A stretch of 64,000 bases of DNA from Thermoanaerobaculia bacterium (GTDB taxonomy: Bacteria; Acidobacteriota; Thermoanaerobaculia; Gp7-AA8), in contig JBBRNB010000006.1 in the NCBI GenBank assembly GCA_038230535.1, forward strand, positions 10,531-74,530, read 5' to 3'. Positions 42,576-52,585 of this stretch are shown here, piece after piece. The translations under genes were made by a program, and so were the position numbers. Under the pieces are notes generated by a model. That model saw nothing but the letters and a program-made list of their open reading frames with translations, was not told the origin of the DNA and made no database searches. Each line of letters starts with the position of its first letter. Within the stretch, counting starts at the first letter, position 1.

Positions 42576-45077
42576 CTATCGTTTCGTAAGCTCGGTGAGA
42601 AGGCCTTGTAGAGCCTCCGCGACGCGAGTCAGCGTTTCAGGACGTGGCATCGGAATGGCGAGAAAGAGATCACCGTTTTCGTCGCGTCGTGCTTCGATCG
42701 GGCGGCGTGGGCGAGTCTCTTCGCTGTTCGATTGTGTTGGTAGTGACGTGGTGAATTGTTGCAGGAGGGCGACTCCGCTCTCGATGAGTTGCGCGAGCGG
42801 TGAGGACGCCATCGCGGGTTCCGGGATTTCGAGTACGACAGGCGCGGTCTCTTCGAGGGGCACGGTGTCTTCCGGTGCGGGCATTTCGACAGGCTGTGGT
42901 TGCGGGACCGCCCTTGTCACGCTCTCGACATCTTCGAGGAGGCGTCCCAGACGGCTCTTGCCGAGGAAGACTTCCGTCTCGCCGCCGTCGAGGACACCGG
43001 CGAATAGCGACTTCTTGAAGCGGAGGACGGTCAGCATCCCCTGTTCGATCGTTCCCTGCGCGACTAGATTGATGACACGTACCGGACGAGCCTGACCGAT
43101 CCGGTGTACGCGTCCGATGCGCTGCTCCAGGACGGCCGGATTCCAGGGCACATCGACGTTCACCACGACGCTGGCGTTCTGGAGGTTGAGCCCCACGCCG
43201 CCTGCGTCGGTGGAGAGGAAGATGCGGCACTCGGATTCGGCGCGGAAGCGGTCGACGAGGTCCCTTCTCTGCCGTGTATCGATGCCGCCGTGAAAGAGAA
43301 CGTGCCCCCAGCCGCGTTCCGCAAAACTCCGCTTCAGAAGCTCGTGCATCCGCAGCCACTCGCTGAAGACGACGACCTTCACGCCTTCTTCCTGCAGTAC
43401 CTCGTCGAGGATGGTCATTAATTCACCAACCTTGGTGCCGTGATCCGCGCGTTCGTCAAGGAGGTATGTGCTGTCGCAAACCATGCGCATGTACTGCAGA
43501 GCCACCAGAAGCTGCCGCTGGTCGGCGTCGGAAAGGAAGTGATAGCGTTTCCATTTGGCGGCGATGCGGGCCACCGTCTCGCGATGCTCCGCGTGCAGGG
43601 AGGCCTGCTGCGGCGTAATCGGGATGAAGTAGTGCTTCTCGATGCGCTCCGGTAGCTGTTTCAGCACCTCGCTCTTCCGGCGGCGGATGACGACCGATTG
43701 CAGGCTCTTTGTAACCTTGCCGAGGTCGCGGTATCCGACCACGCGGCCCTCCTCGAGCACCTGGTGGTTCTCGAGGAAGCGGAACGTTGGACCGAGACGG
43801 AAAGGGTCGATGAACTCGACGATAGAGACGAGCTCCTCGATCCGGTTTTCCAGCGGCGTGCCGGTCAGCACGACGGCATATGGCGAAGCGATTTGCTTGA
43901 TGCTGCGGGCTGCGCGAGTGTTCCAGTTCTTGATCCGCTGGGCCTCGTCGAGAATGACGATGTCCGGCGCCAGGCGACGGATGAATGCGAGATCGTAGTG
44001 GACGGTGTCGTAGTTCGTGATCTTGAAGAAGGTGTCGGCGGCAAAGAGGTCATCACGCACACGCCGTCCCCCCTGGATGACGGTGACGCTACGTTCGGAG
44101 AAGGCGCCGATTTCCCGTTCCCACTGATGCTTGAGCGACGCCGGACAGATGATCAGGACCCTGGCGACGCCGAGGTTCCGAGCCATGATCTCCGCGGCGG
44201 CAATGGCCTGGATCGTCTTACCGAGCCCCATTTCGTCGCCAAGAAGACTCCTCCCGGCGCGGGCGGCAAAGAGGGCTCCTTCCTTCTGATAGTCATACAG
44301 AGGCTGCTTCAGGATGCCGTCGAGAGCGCGGCTGGCGATGCCATCCGGGAAGGCAGTGCGAATGGTCTCTTCCCGCCGTTTGACGTCTCGAACTTCGGCG
44401 ACGAACGGCAGCACGTCCTCATACATCCGCAGCTCGGGATCGATCGTCCGTGCCTCTGCCACAAAACGATCGAACGCTCCGAAACCGAACGGGGTAAGCC
44501 GGCTGTTGCGATCGAAGTGGCGCTCGGCCAGGCGGATGACTGCCCGCGGACACTTGCTGCCGGCGCGGAAGCGCACGTGGCGTTGCGGTCCGTACTCCAG
44601 GCTGATGCTGCTGTACTCCGGCTCGTAGCCCGCGGCGAGCGCCTGTTTCGCACCGCGCTTCGCCAGGACGTTCGCCAGTGTGAACTCGATGTGTTTGCAG
44701 GTGCCGAGATGGTTCGTCCGGAAGTCGGCGCAGGAGCAGTAGTTTCGACCGAGCTCCGTGTCGCGAATGGCGACGCGATAGGTGTTCTTACTGGCCGGAT
44801 TGGTGACACGAAAGTCCGAGAAGATAGGATGGTCGCCGAGGTTCTCCAGCTCGAATTTCTGCTCGCGTCCGAACTGACGCCTCAACTCGCGCTGCCACGC
44901 TTCGAGAGACAGCTCAGGCGGCTGGTGCAAACGCGAGACACGTTGCACATCCGGCTTTTTGCGGGGCGCTTTTGCAGCTCGTTTCATGTGAGGAGGAGAG
45001 TACACCGAGGGCGTACTCGAGGTAGCGCCGGCGGCTCGCCGGCTGGACCGCCGCCGGCCCGGCGGCGCCACACTCAA
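42576..45077 (-). CDS. SNF2-family helicase with an N-terminal SWIM zinc finger
   Basis: SWIM motif YRVAIRDTELGRNYCSCADFRTNHLGTCKHIEF. SNF2 motifs DEMGLGKT, DEAQRIKN and a C-terminal helicase domain. Confidence 0.9.
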   Translation of the reverse strand: MSVAPPGRRRSSRRAAGATSSTPSVYSPPHMKRAAKAPRKKPDVQRVSRLHQPPELSLEAWQRELRRQFGREQKFELENLGDHPIFSDFRVTNPASKNTYRVAIRDTELGRNYCSCADFRTNHLGTCKHIEFTLANVLAKRGAKQALAAGYEPEYSSISLEYGPQRHVRFRAGSKCPRAVIRLAERHFDRNSRLTPFGFGAFDRFVAEARTIDPELRMYEDVLPFVAEVRDVKRREETIRTAFPDGIASRALDGILKQPLYDYQKEGALFAARAGRSLLGDEMGLGKTIQAIAAAEIMARNLGVARVLIICPASLKHQWEREIGAFSERSVTVIQGGRRVRDDLFAADTFFKITNYDTVHYDLAFIRRLAPDIVILDEAQRIKNWNTRAARSIKQIASPYAVVLTGTPLENRIEELVSIVEFIDPFRLGPTFRFLENHQVLEEGRVVGYRDLGKVTKSLQSVVIRRRKSEVLKQLPERIEKHYFIPITPQQASLHAEHRETVARIAAKWKRYHFLSDADQRQLLVALQYMRMVCDSTYLLDERADHGTKVGELMTILDEVLQEEGVKVVVFSEWLRMHELLKRSFAERGWGHVLFHGGIDTRQRRDLVDRFRAESECRIFLSTDAGGVGLNLQNASVVVNVDVPWNPAVLEQRIGRVHRIGQARPVRVINLVAQGTIEQGMLTVLRFKKSLFAGVLDGGETEVFLGKSRLGRLLEDVESVTRAVPQPQPVEMPAPEDTVPLEETAPVVLEIPEPAMASSPLAQLIESGVALLQQFTTSLPTQSNSEETRPRRPIEARRDENGDLFLAIPMPRPETLTRVAEALQGLLTELTKR

Positions 45078-45113
45078 ACAGAATCGCCGGGCGTGGCCGC
45101 CGGCGCTACGGGC

Positions 45114-46430
45114 TCACCCCTTGCGCGTTGTTCGCAGCACATTCGAGATCACGTCGTTGTAGAGGACGACGATCATCAGTGCGGCGAGGACGGCGAAGCC
45201 GGCTTGCTGGATGCGCTCTTTGACGCGCAGGGAGAGCTCGCGGCGGGCCACGCCTTCGACGAGCAGCACCATGATGTGGCCGCCGTCGAGGACGGGGATG
45301 GGGAGGAGGTTCATGATGCCGAGCTGCAGCGAGATGGAGGCCATGAGGGCGATCACGGGCATCCATCCCCGGCGCAGCATTTCGCCGGAGATTCGCGCGA
45401 TCGAGATCGGCCCGCTCAACTCCTTGACGCTTCCTTCCGGGCGAAAGAGGCGCCGGAGGGCGAGGAAGGTGGTGCGCAGCATCTTCCAGTTCAGTTGGAC
45501 GCTCTCTTTGAGGGCGGGAAAGAGCGTGAGCTTGTGGATCTCGGTGGGCGGGAAGAAGCCGCGGTAAGGATCGTTCGGATCAAGTTTCATGGCCGCCAGA
45601 GTGGTGTGGAAGCGTGACGAGCCGCGAGCGACGTCGAGCGAGACAGCGGCTCCCTTGGCGGATTCGAGCGCGGTGTCGAACTCGGCGAGCTGCGTTGCCG
45701 GCTTCCCGTTCACGGAAAGGATGTGATCACCGGTCCGCAACCCGGCGATGCCGGCGGGCGAGCCGGGCCTGACGCGGCCAATCGTGGATTCGAAATACGG
45801 CCGGATACCGGCGCGGCCGACTGGGCCGAAGTCGCCGGACTCGCGGTCCGGCGTCATGATGGTCGACCGAAGCTGTCCGTTGCGAATGTAGTCGACGTGC
45901 AGGGCCGTACCGCCGTTCATGCCGATGGCGAGGTGCAGGTCATCGAAGTCCTCGATCTTCTCGCCTGCGATGGCGACGATGCGGTCACCGGGCAGCAGTC
46001 CCGCGCGCGCCGCCGGTTTGCCGGGCGTAACGTCGCCGACGACCGCATGCATGATGACTGACTCGGTACCGGCCATACTGATGATGGCCATGAAGATGAT
46101 GGCGATGGCCACGTTCATGAACGGGCCGGCCACGAGGATGAGGAAGCGCTGCCATTTCGGCTTGGAGAGGAACTCGTCGGAGTTCCCAGGCTGATTCTCT
46201 TCCGGTATGTCGCCGGCCATCCGGACGTAGCCGCCGAGGGGAACGAGCGAGACACGGTAGTCCGTCGAGCCCTTGCGAAAGCCGAAGAGCCGCTTTCCAA
46301 AACCGAGCGAGAAGACCAGAACGCGGACGCGGAAGAGCTTTGCGACGAAGAAGTGTCCTGACTCGTGCGCGAAGATCAGAAAGCCGAGGACGATGACGAT
46401 GCCGAGGATGTTGGTGGCGGCGTTTTGCAT
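45114..46430 (-). CDS. rseP: RIP metalloprotease RseP (site-2 protease, PDZ domains)
   Basis: HESGHFFVAKLF HExxH in TM1, two PDZ regions and a C-terminal LDGGH motif. Confidence 0.9.
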   Translation of the reverse strand: MQNAATNILGIVIVLGFLIFAHESGHFFVAKLFRVRVLVFSLGFGKRLFGFRKGSTDYRVSLVPLGGYVRMAGDIPEENQPGNSDEFLSKPKWQRFLILVAGPFMNVAIAIIFMAIISMAGTESVIMHAVVGDVTPGKPAARAGLLPGDRIVAIAGEKIEDFDDLHLAIGMNGGTALHVDYIRNGQLRSTIMTPDRESGDFGPVGRAGIRPYFESTIGRVRPGSPAGIAGLRTGDHILSVNGKPATQLAEFDTALESAKGAAVSLDVARGSSRFHTTLAAMKLDPNDPYRGFFPPTEIHKLTLFPALKESVQLNWKMLRTTFLALRRLFRPEGSVKELSGPISIARISGEMLRRGWMPVIALMASISLQLGIMNLLPIPVLDGGHIMVLLVEGVARRELSLRVKERIQQAGFAVLAALMIVVLYNDVISNVLRTTRKG

Positions 46431-46439
46431 GGTTGGTTT

Positions 46440-46590
46440 GTGTGAATCAGTGGGTCAGTGGATCAGTGGTCAGTGGTCAGTGGGTCAGTGGGTCAGTGGG
46501 TCAGTGGGTCAGTGGACGGACAGAAACAGCATTCTCCCGATCTACCGATCACGAATCGACTGATCCACTTGATTACTGCCTCATCGCAAC
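46440..46590. repeat. GTCAGTGG-family hairpin inserted between dxr and rseP
   Basis: (GGTCAGTGG)x8 ... GATCTACCGATCACGAATCGACTGATCCACTTGA. Confidence 0.8.
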
Positions 46591-47736
46591 ATCAATTCCT
46601 CGCGCTTCTTCCCGAGCCCATCGGTCCCATGCAAGCGCATCGCCGACCGACGAGATCGGAGCGATGCGGCCGGCATGCCGGTCGAGTACGCGGGACACCA
46701 TGTCTACGATTCCGGTGAACGGAAGTTCCCCAGCCAGGAAGCGCTCTACGGCCACCTCGTTTGCAGCGTTCAGTACCGCGGGCATCGAGCCGCCGGCGCG
46801 GCAGGCGGCGTAGGCCAGCTCGACGGCAGGGAAGCGCTGAGGATCGACGGCGGTGAATTCGAGCTTATGAATCTTCGCCAGATCGAGTCTCGCGAACGGT
46901 GCTGCTACGCGCTCGGGATAGAGCAGTGCGTACTGGATCGGGAACTTCATATCGGTCGTGGATAGCTGTGCGATGAACGAGCCGTCGACGTACTCGACCA
47001 TCGAATGGACGATCGACTGTGGGTGGATGAGGATGTCGATGGCTTCCGGCGGCATGGAGAAGAGGTGGTGCGCCTCGATTACTTCGAGGCCTTTGTTCAT
47101 CATGGTGGCGGAGTCGATGGAGATCTTGTTCCCCATCTTCCAGGTCGGATGAGCCAGAGCGTCGGCGATGGTGACGTTCGCGAAGGTGTCTAGATCGCGG
47201 CGGAGGAATGGTCCGCCCGAGGCGGTGAGCACGATGCGCTGGACCTCGGCGTGTACACCGCAGCGGAGAGCCTGGTGGACAGCGTTGTGCTCGGAGTCGA
47301 CAGGAAGGATCTCGCCGCCGTTCTCTGCGGCTGCACGCGTCATCAAATCGCCGGCGGCGACGAGGACTTCCTTGTTGGCGATTCCGACGCGCTTCCCTGC
47401 TTTCAGCGCCGCGTAAACGGGCGGGATGCCTGCCGCTCCGACGATCGCGGCGATGACGGCGTCGGCTTTGGGCAGCGAAGCGACTACCGAGGCTCCCTCC
47501 GCGCCGCAGACGATCTCCACGCGGCGCTTGACGCGCGTGCGCAACGCTGCGACGTCTTCGGGATTGCGAACCGATACGACTTCCGGTGCGTAGCGCTCGA
47601 TTTGCTCCGCGAGGAGATCAAGATTTCCGCCCGCGGCCAGGCCGATGACGCGCAGTGCCGCGGGGAACGCATCGACGACGTCGAGCGTCGATCGCCCGAC
47701 GGAACCGGTGGAGCCGAGGATTGTGATGTTGCGCAT
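46573..47736 (-). CDS. dxr: 1-deoxy-D-xylulose 5-phosphate reductoisomerase
   Basis: MRNITILGSTGSVGRSTLDVV N-terminus and full-length colinearity with Dxr. Confidence 0.9.
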   Translation of the reverse strand: MRNITILGSTGSVGRSTLDVVDAFPAALRVIGLAAGGNLDLLAEQIERYAPEVVSVRNPEDVAALRTRVKRRVEIVCGAEGASVVASLPKADAVIAAIVGAAGIPPVYAALKAGKRVGIANKEVLVAAGDLMTRAAAENGGEILPVDSEHNAVHQALRCGVHAEVQRIVLTASGGPFLRRDLDTFANVTIADALAHPTWKMGNKISIDSATMMNKGLEVIEAHHLFSMPPEAIDILIHPQSIVHSMVEYVDGSFIAQLSTTDMKFPIQYALLYPERVAAPFARLDLAKIHKLEFTAVDPQRFPAVELAYAACRAGGSMPAVLNAANEVAVERFLAGELPFTGIVDMVSRVLDRHAGRIAPISSVGDALAWDRWAREEARGIDVAMRQ

Positions 47737-47744
47737 GGGTTGTG

Positions 47745-47880
47745 GTGGATCGGTCGATCAGCGGCTGGTGGTTCAAAGCAGTGGATCGGTCGATCAGTCG
47801 GCCAGTGGATCTGGATCAGAATACCAAGTGTTCCTGATCCGCTAGTCTACCGATCCACTAGTCTGCTTATCCACTGATCC
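47745..47880. repeat. GATCAGTG-family hairpin (degenerate) between cdsA and dxr
   Basis: GATCGGTCGATCAGCGGCTGGTGG...CAGTGGATCGGTCGATCAGTCGGCCAGTGGATCTGGATCAG...CTGATCCGCTAGTCTACCGATCCACTAG. Confidence 0.65.
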
Positions 47881-47882
47881 TC

Positions 47883-48707
47883 TCACGCCGACATGATCTT
47901 GAAACTCCTGAAATCGTGCAGGATGAGGAACCAGTACACGTACAGGATCGGGGTTGTGTAGAAAATCGAGTCGAATCGATCGAGGAAGCCTCCGTGACCG
48001 GGGATCAGGGTCCCTGAGTCTTTCACGGCCGCAGAGCGTTTCCACATCGATTCCGCGAGATCGCCGATCACGCCGGCGAGCGAGAGAATCACGCCTGCGA
48101 TGATGGCGTGTACGAGCGGGAAGGTCTTGAAGAAGGTGAAGTGGATGATGACGGCGGTGGCGATTGCCGTGGCCACGCCGCCGATGAGTCCTTCCACGGT
48201 CTTCTTCGGGCTGATGCGCGGCGATAGCTTGTGACGGCCGAAGGTACGGCCGAAGTAGTAGGCGCCGCTGTCGCCGAGCCAGACCACGAGCAGCAGGAAG
48301 AACACCAGCTTCGCGCCATCGGCGAAGTCGTCGTGCAGACGGATCAGCGACCCGCCGAGCATTCCCACATAGAGCGTGGCCATCACGGCGATGGCACTCG
48401 ATGGCAGTGCCTCTTCGAGCTCCCCGTGCGAGAGGACATAGAAGCCTGGGATCACCAGCAACGCCACGAAGACGCCCATCTCGACGGAGATGGGCTCCAG
48501 GATGAATGCCGCGATGATGAAGAGCATCACCGCGATGCAGAGTGGAATGGGGAGGTGGTAGCCCTTCCTCTTGCCGAGGTCGAGGAGCTCGTAGAGGGCG
48601 AGCGCCGATATGAGGGCCATGGCCGCGTCGAAGACATACGGCTGCGCCCAACCGATCATCCAGATGGCGAAGGGAGCGGCGATGAGTGCGGTCAGCTCGC
48701 GCTTCAT
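47883..48707 (-). CDS. cdsA: phosphatidate cytidylyltransferase
   Basis: Multi-TM protein with a C-terminal DSGAYYFGRTFGRHKL...KTVEG signature. Confidence 0.85.
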   Translation of the reverse strand: MKRELTALIAAPFAIWMIGWAQPYVFDAAMALISALALYELLDLGKRKGYHLPIPLCIAVMLFIIAAFILEPISVEMGVFVALLVIPGFYVLSHGELEEALPSSAIAVMATLYVGMLGGSLIRLHDDFADGAKLVFFLLLVVWLGDSGAYYFGRTFGRHKLSPRISPKKTVEGLIGGVATAIATAVIIHFTFFKTFPLVHAIIAGVILSLAGVIGDLAESMWKRSAAVKDSGTLIPGHGGFLDRFDSIFYTTPILYVYWFLILHDFRSFKIMSA

Positions 48708-48749
48708 GAGATTGACATGGGACTGAACGGGCGGGGGCGGATGGTAGCG

Positions 48750-49565
48750 CTAAGACTGTTGATTATCCGCCTCGATGAACATCTGCGCGTCGGATTCATC
48801 GACGGCACCGTAGCGGCGCTCGCGCGACTGGAAGTCGATGATCGCTTCGAAGAGGTCGCGGCGGCGAAAATCGGGCCAGAGCACTTTCGTGACATGGATC
48901 TCCGCATAGGCGATCTGCCAGAGCAGGAAGTTCGAGACGCGGAGCTCGCCGCTGGTGCGGATGAGGAGATCCGGGTCGTCGATGTTGGCGGTATAGAGAT
49001 GATCGGCAAAGAACTGCTCGTCGATCTGGGCGTCGCTCATCTCCCGCTCGCGCAGGACGGCCATGATGCGGTTGACGGTGTCGACGATCTCGGCGCGGCC
49101 GCCGTAGTTGAGGGCGATCTGGAAGAGCAGACCGCTGTTCTTGGCGGTCTGGTCCTCGGCATACTTCAGCTCTCGCTGCACCGAGGGATCGAGCCCTTCC
49201 ACGCGGCCGATGGCGGTGAAACGAATGTTGTTTTCCATCAGCGTGGCCAGCTCTTTCCGCAGGTACTCCTTGAGCAGCATCATGAGCGTGGCCACTTCGA
49301 AGCGTGGGCGTTTCCAATTCTCCACGGAGAACGCGTAGAGCGTCATGACGCGCAGCTCGAGGCGGGCTGCCGTCTCGACGATCTCGCGCACCGAGGCGAT
49401 GCCGGCGCGGTGTCCTTCCACGCGGGGAAGGTTGCGGGCACGCGCCCAGCGCCCGTTCCCATCCATGATCACAGCGATGTGCCGCGGCAGCCTCTTGAAG
49501 TCGACGCGATCGAGGATTGTTTCCTCGATCGAGCCTGGTTCAGCGAGTTTGCGCAAGTCAATCAT
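48750..49565 (-). CDS. uppS: isoprenyl transferase (undecaprenyl diphosphate synthase)
   Basis: HIAVIMDGNGRWA and ...RTSGELRVSNFLLWQIAYAE motifs. Confidence 0.9.
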   Translation of the reverse strand: MIDLRKLAEPGSIEETILDRVDFKRLPRHIAVIMDGNGRWARARNLPRVEGHRAGIASVREIVETAARLELRVMTLYAFSVENWKRPRFEVATLMMLLKEYLRKELATLMENNIRFTAIGRVEGLDPSVQRELKYAEDQTAKNSGLLFQIALNYGGRAEIVDTVNRIMAVLREREMSDAQIDEQFFADHLYTANIDDPDLLIRTSGELRVSNFLLWQIAYAEIHVTKVLWPDFRRRDLFEAIIDFQSRERRYGAVDESDAQMFIEADNQQS

Positions 49566-49585
49566 GGAGCGAGGGATGTTATCGC

Positions 49586-49945
49586 AGCTTTGTGGTTAAT
49601 TGCACTTTGTTGTCTGCGCTTCGCGCGTTGTCGGTTGCCGGTTGTCTGCGCTTCGCGCGTTGCCGGTTGCCGGTTGTCTGCGCTTCGCGCGTTGCCGGTA
49701 GTCGGTTGTCTGCGCTTCACGCGTTGCCGCACCGAGAGGGGCGCGAAGGTGTAACCATCGCCCGACGGGCCGCTAACGCCCAAAGGGCAGACAACGTGCG
49801 AAGCGCAGACAACGCCCAAAGGGCAGACAACGCGCGAAGCGCAGACAACGCCCGAAGGGCAAACAACGCCCAAAGGGCAGACAACGCGTGAGCGCAGACA
49901 ACGCCCGAAGCGCAGATAACCGACAACGCGCGAAGCGCAGACTAC
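49586..49945. repeat. cargo-less palindromic element of the GCGCGAAGCGCAGACAAC family (tandem-repeat arms in inverted orientation around a roughly 50-bp centre)
   Basis: Left arm (GTTGTCTGCGCTTCGCGCGTTGCCGGTTGCCG)x4, right arm (GCAGACAACGCGCGAAGCGCAGACAACGCCCAAAGG)x4. Same family as the arms flanking the IVS-protein gene at 6458-7155. Confidence 0.85.
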
Positions 49946-49952
49946 GAAGGGC

Positions 49953-50660
49953 CTAGTACCCCACATCCCACAACGTCAGCCCTTTCGACGGGGCGGTCCA
50001 TCGCGCTTCGGTCCAGAGCGCTTCCGGTTCCAGCTTGCCGCGGCCGATCTCGATGAGGGAGCCGGCGATGCGGCGGACCATGTAGCGGAGGAAGCCGCCG
50101 GCGGTGACGGGGATGACGATCGCGGTGCCGTCGCGAATGACGTCGATCGACGTGATCGTCCGCTCCGTCGAGCTGACCTCGGGGCCGGCGACGGTGAAGA
50201 GCGCAAAGTCATGGCGGCCGGTCAGCTCCATGGCGACGGCGCGCATTCTGCCGGTATCGAGCGGCTGAGGGACATGCGCATGGGTCTGCCAGGCGAAAAC
50301 GTCTGCAGTCTCATCGTTCCAGATGCGGTAGATGTAGCTCTTCGAGCTCGCTGCGAAGCGGCAGTGGAAATCATCCGCCACGATCTCGACCGCGGTGACG
50401 CGGATGTCGTGTGGCAGCAGGTTGTTGATGCCCTGGCGGAACCCGCGAGGCTCGATGGCGAAGGGCACGTCGGCGTGCGCGCGTTGCGCCCGTGCGTGGA
50501 CGCCTGCGTCGGTGCGGCCGGCCCCTTCGATGCGGATGGGGCTGCTGAACATCGTCGTCAGCGCGGCCTCGATGACGTTCTGAATGCCCGTCGCGTTCGT
50601 CTGCGACTGCCAGCCGGCGTAGCGCGTGCCGAGGTATTGAAGCGTCAGGAGAACGCGCAC
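49953..50660 (-). CDS. truA: tRNA pseudouridine(38-40) synthase
   Basis: MRVLLTLQYLGTRYAGWQSQ...GRTDAGVHA (catalytic Asp) matches TruA. Confidence 0.9.
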   Translation of the reverse strand: MRVLLTLQYLGTRYAGWQSQTNATGIQNVIEAALTTMFSSPIRIEGAGRTDAGVHARAQRAHADVPFAIEPRGFRQGINNLLPHDIRVTAVEIVADDFHCRFAASSKSYIYRIWNDETADVFAWQTHAHVPQPLDTGRMRAVAMELTGRHDFALFTVAGPEVSSTERTITSIDVIRDGTAIVIPVTAGGFLRYMVRRIAGSLIEIGRGKLEPEALWTEARWTAPSKGLTLWDVGY

Positions 50661-50667
50661 GGCGGCG

Positions 50668-51417
50668 CTACTTCGTGCTTTCGATATTCACGATGGATGC
50701 GTCGGCGAAACGCCATTTGCCGCCTTCATTCGCATACACGAGAGTGGCATCGACGCGCACCGGCTTCGTGCGCTTTTCCGGGAGAAATCCGGCCATTCCG
50801 GAGGAGCTGTCATCGAGAGCCTCGCGAGCGATGTTGCAGGCATCGTGCGGCAGGAGCATCGACACGTCGTACTCGCGCTTGCCGTCGGATGCCGCCTTGA
50901 CCGCGGTGATGGCGAGCTCGAGGAAATCGTCCAGCGAAGTAATCGTCGCGTTGTTGAGAGCGACGCCGCTTTCGATCTTGACGATCATATGCTTCTTGAT
51001 CAGATCATCCTTCATCTGCGCGATGAGCGCCGGATCCTGCGCGACGAAAGGCCTGGACACCGGCGGATTGCCGACCAGGGACGCGTAGCGGCATAGCGCG
51101 GTCTTGCTGGCTGCGGCGGAGGAGCGGAAGGTCACGCGCGTGGCGCTGCCGGACGCTTCCGCGCTGACCTCGAGGCCGGCTGCTTTGAGGGTGCCCTTCT
51201 GCGGCTCAGTCCATTCCATCGATGCGCCTGCCGCGGCGAGCCGGGAAGGCAGCCGTTCGATCACCGCCTTCGGAGTCAGGCTGGTCATGACGAGTGTCTC
51301 CGCCGACTTGCCGTCGGAGTGATAGTTCGTCGCGCATTCCGGTTCCTGGCCCAGGACCGCGGTGGCGGCGAGGCAGACGGCGGCAGAGATGGCGATTCGG
51401 CGAAGGCGCATGGCCAC
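50668..51417 (-). CDS. secreted hypothetical protein
   Basis: Signal peptide MAMRLRRIAISAAVCLAATAVLG. No motif recognised. Only 8 bp upstream of truA on the same strand. Confidence 0.6.
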   Translation of the reverse strand: MAMRLRRIAISAAVCLAATAVLGQEPECATNYHSDGKSAETLVMTSLTPKAVIERLPSRLAAAGASMEWTEPQKGTLKAAGLEVSAEASGSATRVTFRSSAAASKTALCRYASLVGNPPVSRPFVAQDPALIAQMKDDLIKKHMIVKIESGVALNNATITSLDDFLELAITAVKAASDGKREYDVSMLLPHDACNIAREALDDSSSGMAGFLPEKRTKPVRVDATLVYANEGGKWRFADASIVNIESTK

Positions 51418-51465
51418 CGAAACCTGCTGGCGCGATGTCCTAATCCCAGCTTTACAATCGCAAAG

Positions 51466-51927
51466 ATGAACTACTGGTTAATGAAGTGCGAGCCGTCCGC
51501 CTATACGATCGATGACCTCAAACAAGACGGCAAGACGAGTTGGGAAGGGGTCCGCAACTATCAGGCGCGCAACTTCATGCGCGATGGGATGAAGCGTGGC
51601 GACCGCGTGCTCTTCTACGCCTCGAATGCCGATCCTTCCGGCGTCACGGGCGTGGCCGAGATCAGCCGCGAAGCCTACCCCGATCAGTTTGCCCTAAAGA
51701 AAGGGCACGAGTACTACGACGAGAAGTCGACCGCGGAGAACCCCATCTGGTACAGCGTCGACATCGGCTTCGTGGAGAGGTTCCCGCACATCGTGCCGCT
51801 GGATACGCTGAAGTCGGCGCGCGGTCTCGAAGAGATGGTGGTGACGAAGAAGGGGTCGCGTCTTTCGATCCAGCCGGTGACGAAGAGTGAGTTCGAGATC
51901 GTGGTGAAGCTGGGCCGTGCGAAGTGA
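51466..51927 (+). CDS. EVE (PUA-like) domain protein
   Basis: [18 protein letters not shown]...[26 protein letters not shown] is the canonical EVE N-terminus. ATG at 51466. Confidence 0.85.
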   Translation: MNYWLMKCEPSAYTIDDLKQDGKTSWEGVRNYQARNFMRDGMKRGDRVLFYASNADPSGVTGVAEISREAYPDQFALKKGHEYYDEKSTAENPIWYSVDIGFVERFPHIVPLDTLKSARGLEEMVVTKKGSRLSIQPVTKSEFEIVVKLGRAK

Positions 51928-52433
51928 CACGTTTCGAAGTCGTTCGAGCCGACATCACAAAGCTCGCGGTCGATGCGATCGTGAACGCAGCGAACTCGTC
52001 GCTCCTTGGCGGAGGCGGCGTCGACGGCGCGATCCACCGCGCGGCCGGCCCTGATCTCGTCGCCGCTTGCCGGCTCCTCGGGGGCTGCGCCACCGGCGAC
52101 GCGAAGATCACCCCCGGCTTTCGTCTGCCTGCGAAGTACGTCATCCACACCGTCGGCCCGGTCTGGCGTGGAGGCACCAACGATGAGCCGGAGTTGCTGG
52201 CCTCCTGCTACCGGCGCAGTCTCGAGGTGGCGATCGCGAACGGCGTCCGCTCGATCGCATTCCCCGCCATCAGTTGCGGCATCTTCGGCTATCCCCTCGA
52301 TGCCGCCGCGGAGATCGCGGTAAACGAGACGCGACGAGTGCTCGGCGAGAGCGATGCCGTCGATCAGGTTCTCTTCGTCGCGTTTGGCGAGGAGGTTCGG
52401 TTTGTTCTGGAGCGTTCTTTGCGTTTGTTGTAG
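51924..52433 (+). CDS. macro domain protein (O-acetyl-ADP-ribose deacetylase/MacroD-like)
   Basis: [24 protein letters not shown] and ...[15 protein letters not shown] motifs. GTG start overlaps the EVE stop (GTGA). Confidence 0.85.
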   Translation: MTRFEVVRADITKLAVDAIVNAANSSLLGGGGVDGAIHRAAGPDLVAACRLLGGCATGDAKITPGFRLPAKYVIHTVGPVWRGGTNDEPELLASCYRRSLEVAIANGVRSIAFPAISCGIFGYPLDAAAEIAVNETRRVLGESDAVDQVLFVAFGEEVRFVLERSLRLL

Positions 52434-52585
52434 GGCTGGCCGGCAGTCCGCTGTCGGGTTGTGTACTTTGTCTCCAACTCCCGACACCACGACCCCCGAC
52501 AGCCGAGAGCTGATAGCCGAGAGCCCACTGCCAACAGCCAATAACCAGCTCCCACGCACGCCCCCGGTGTTACTCTAGATAAGTC

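Noticed and set aside
43698-45617. 639-aa plus-strand ORF (also 39405-40292, 40335-41249, 41113-42459, 48231-49754, 57961-58629)
   Set aside because: All are antisense to strongly supported genes (the SNF2 helicase, ABC-F, cinA, cdsA/uppS and dnaE) and lack motifs.
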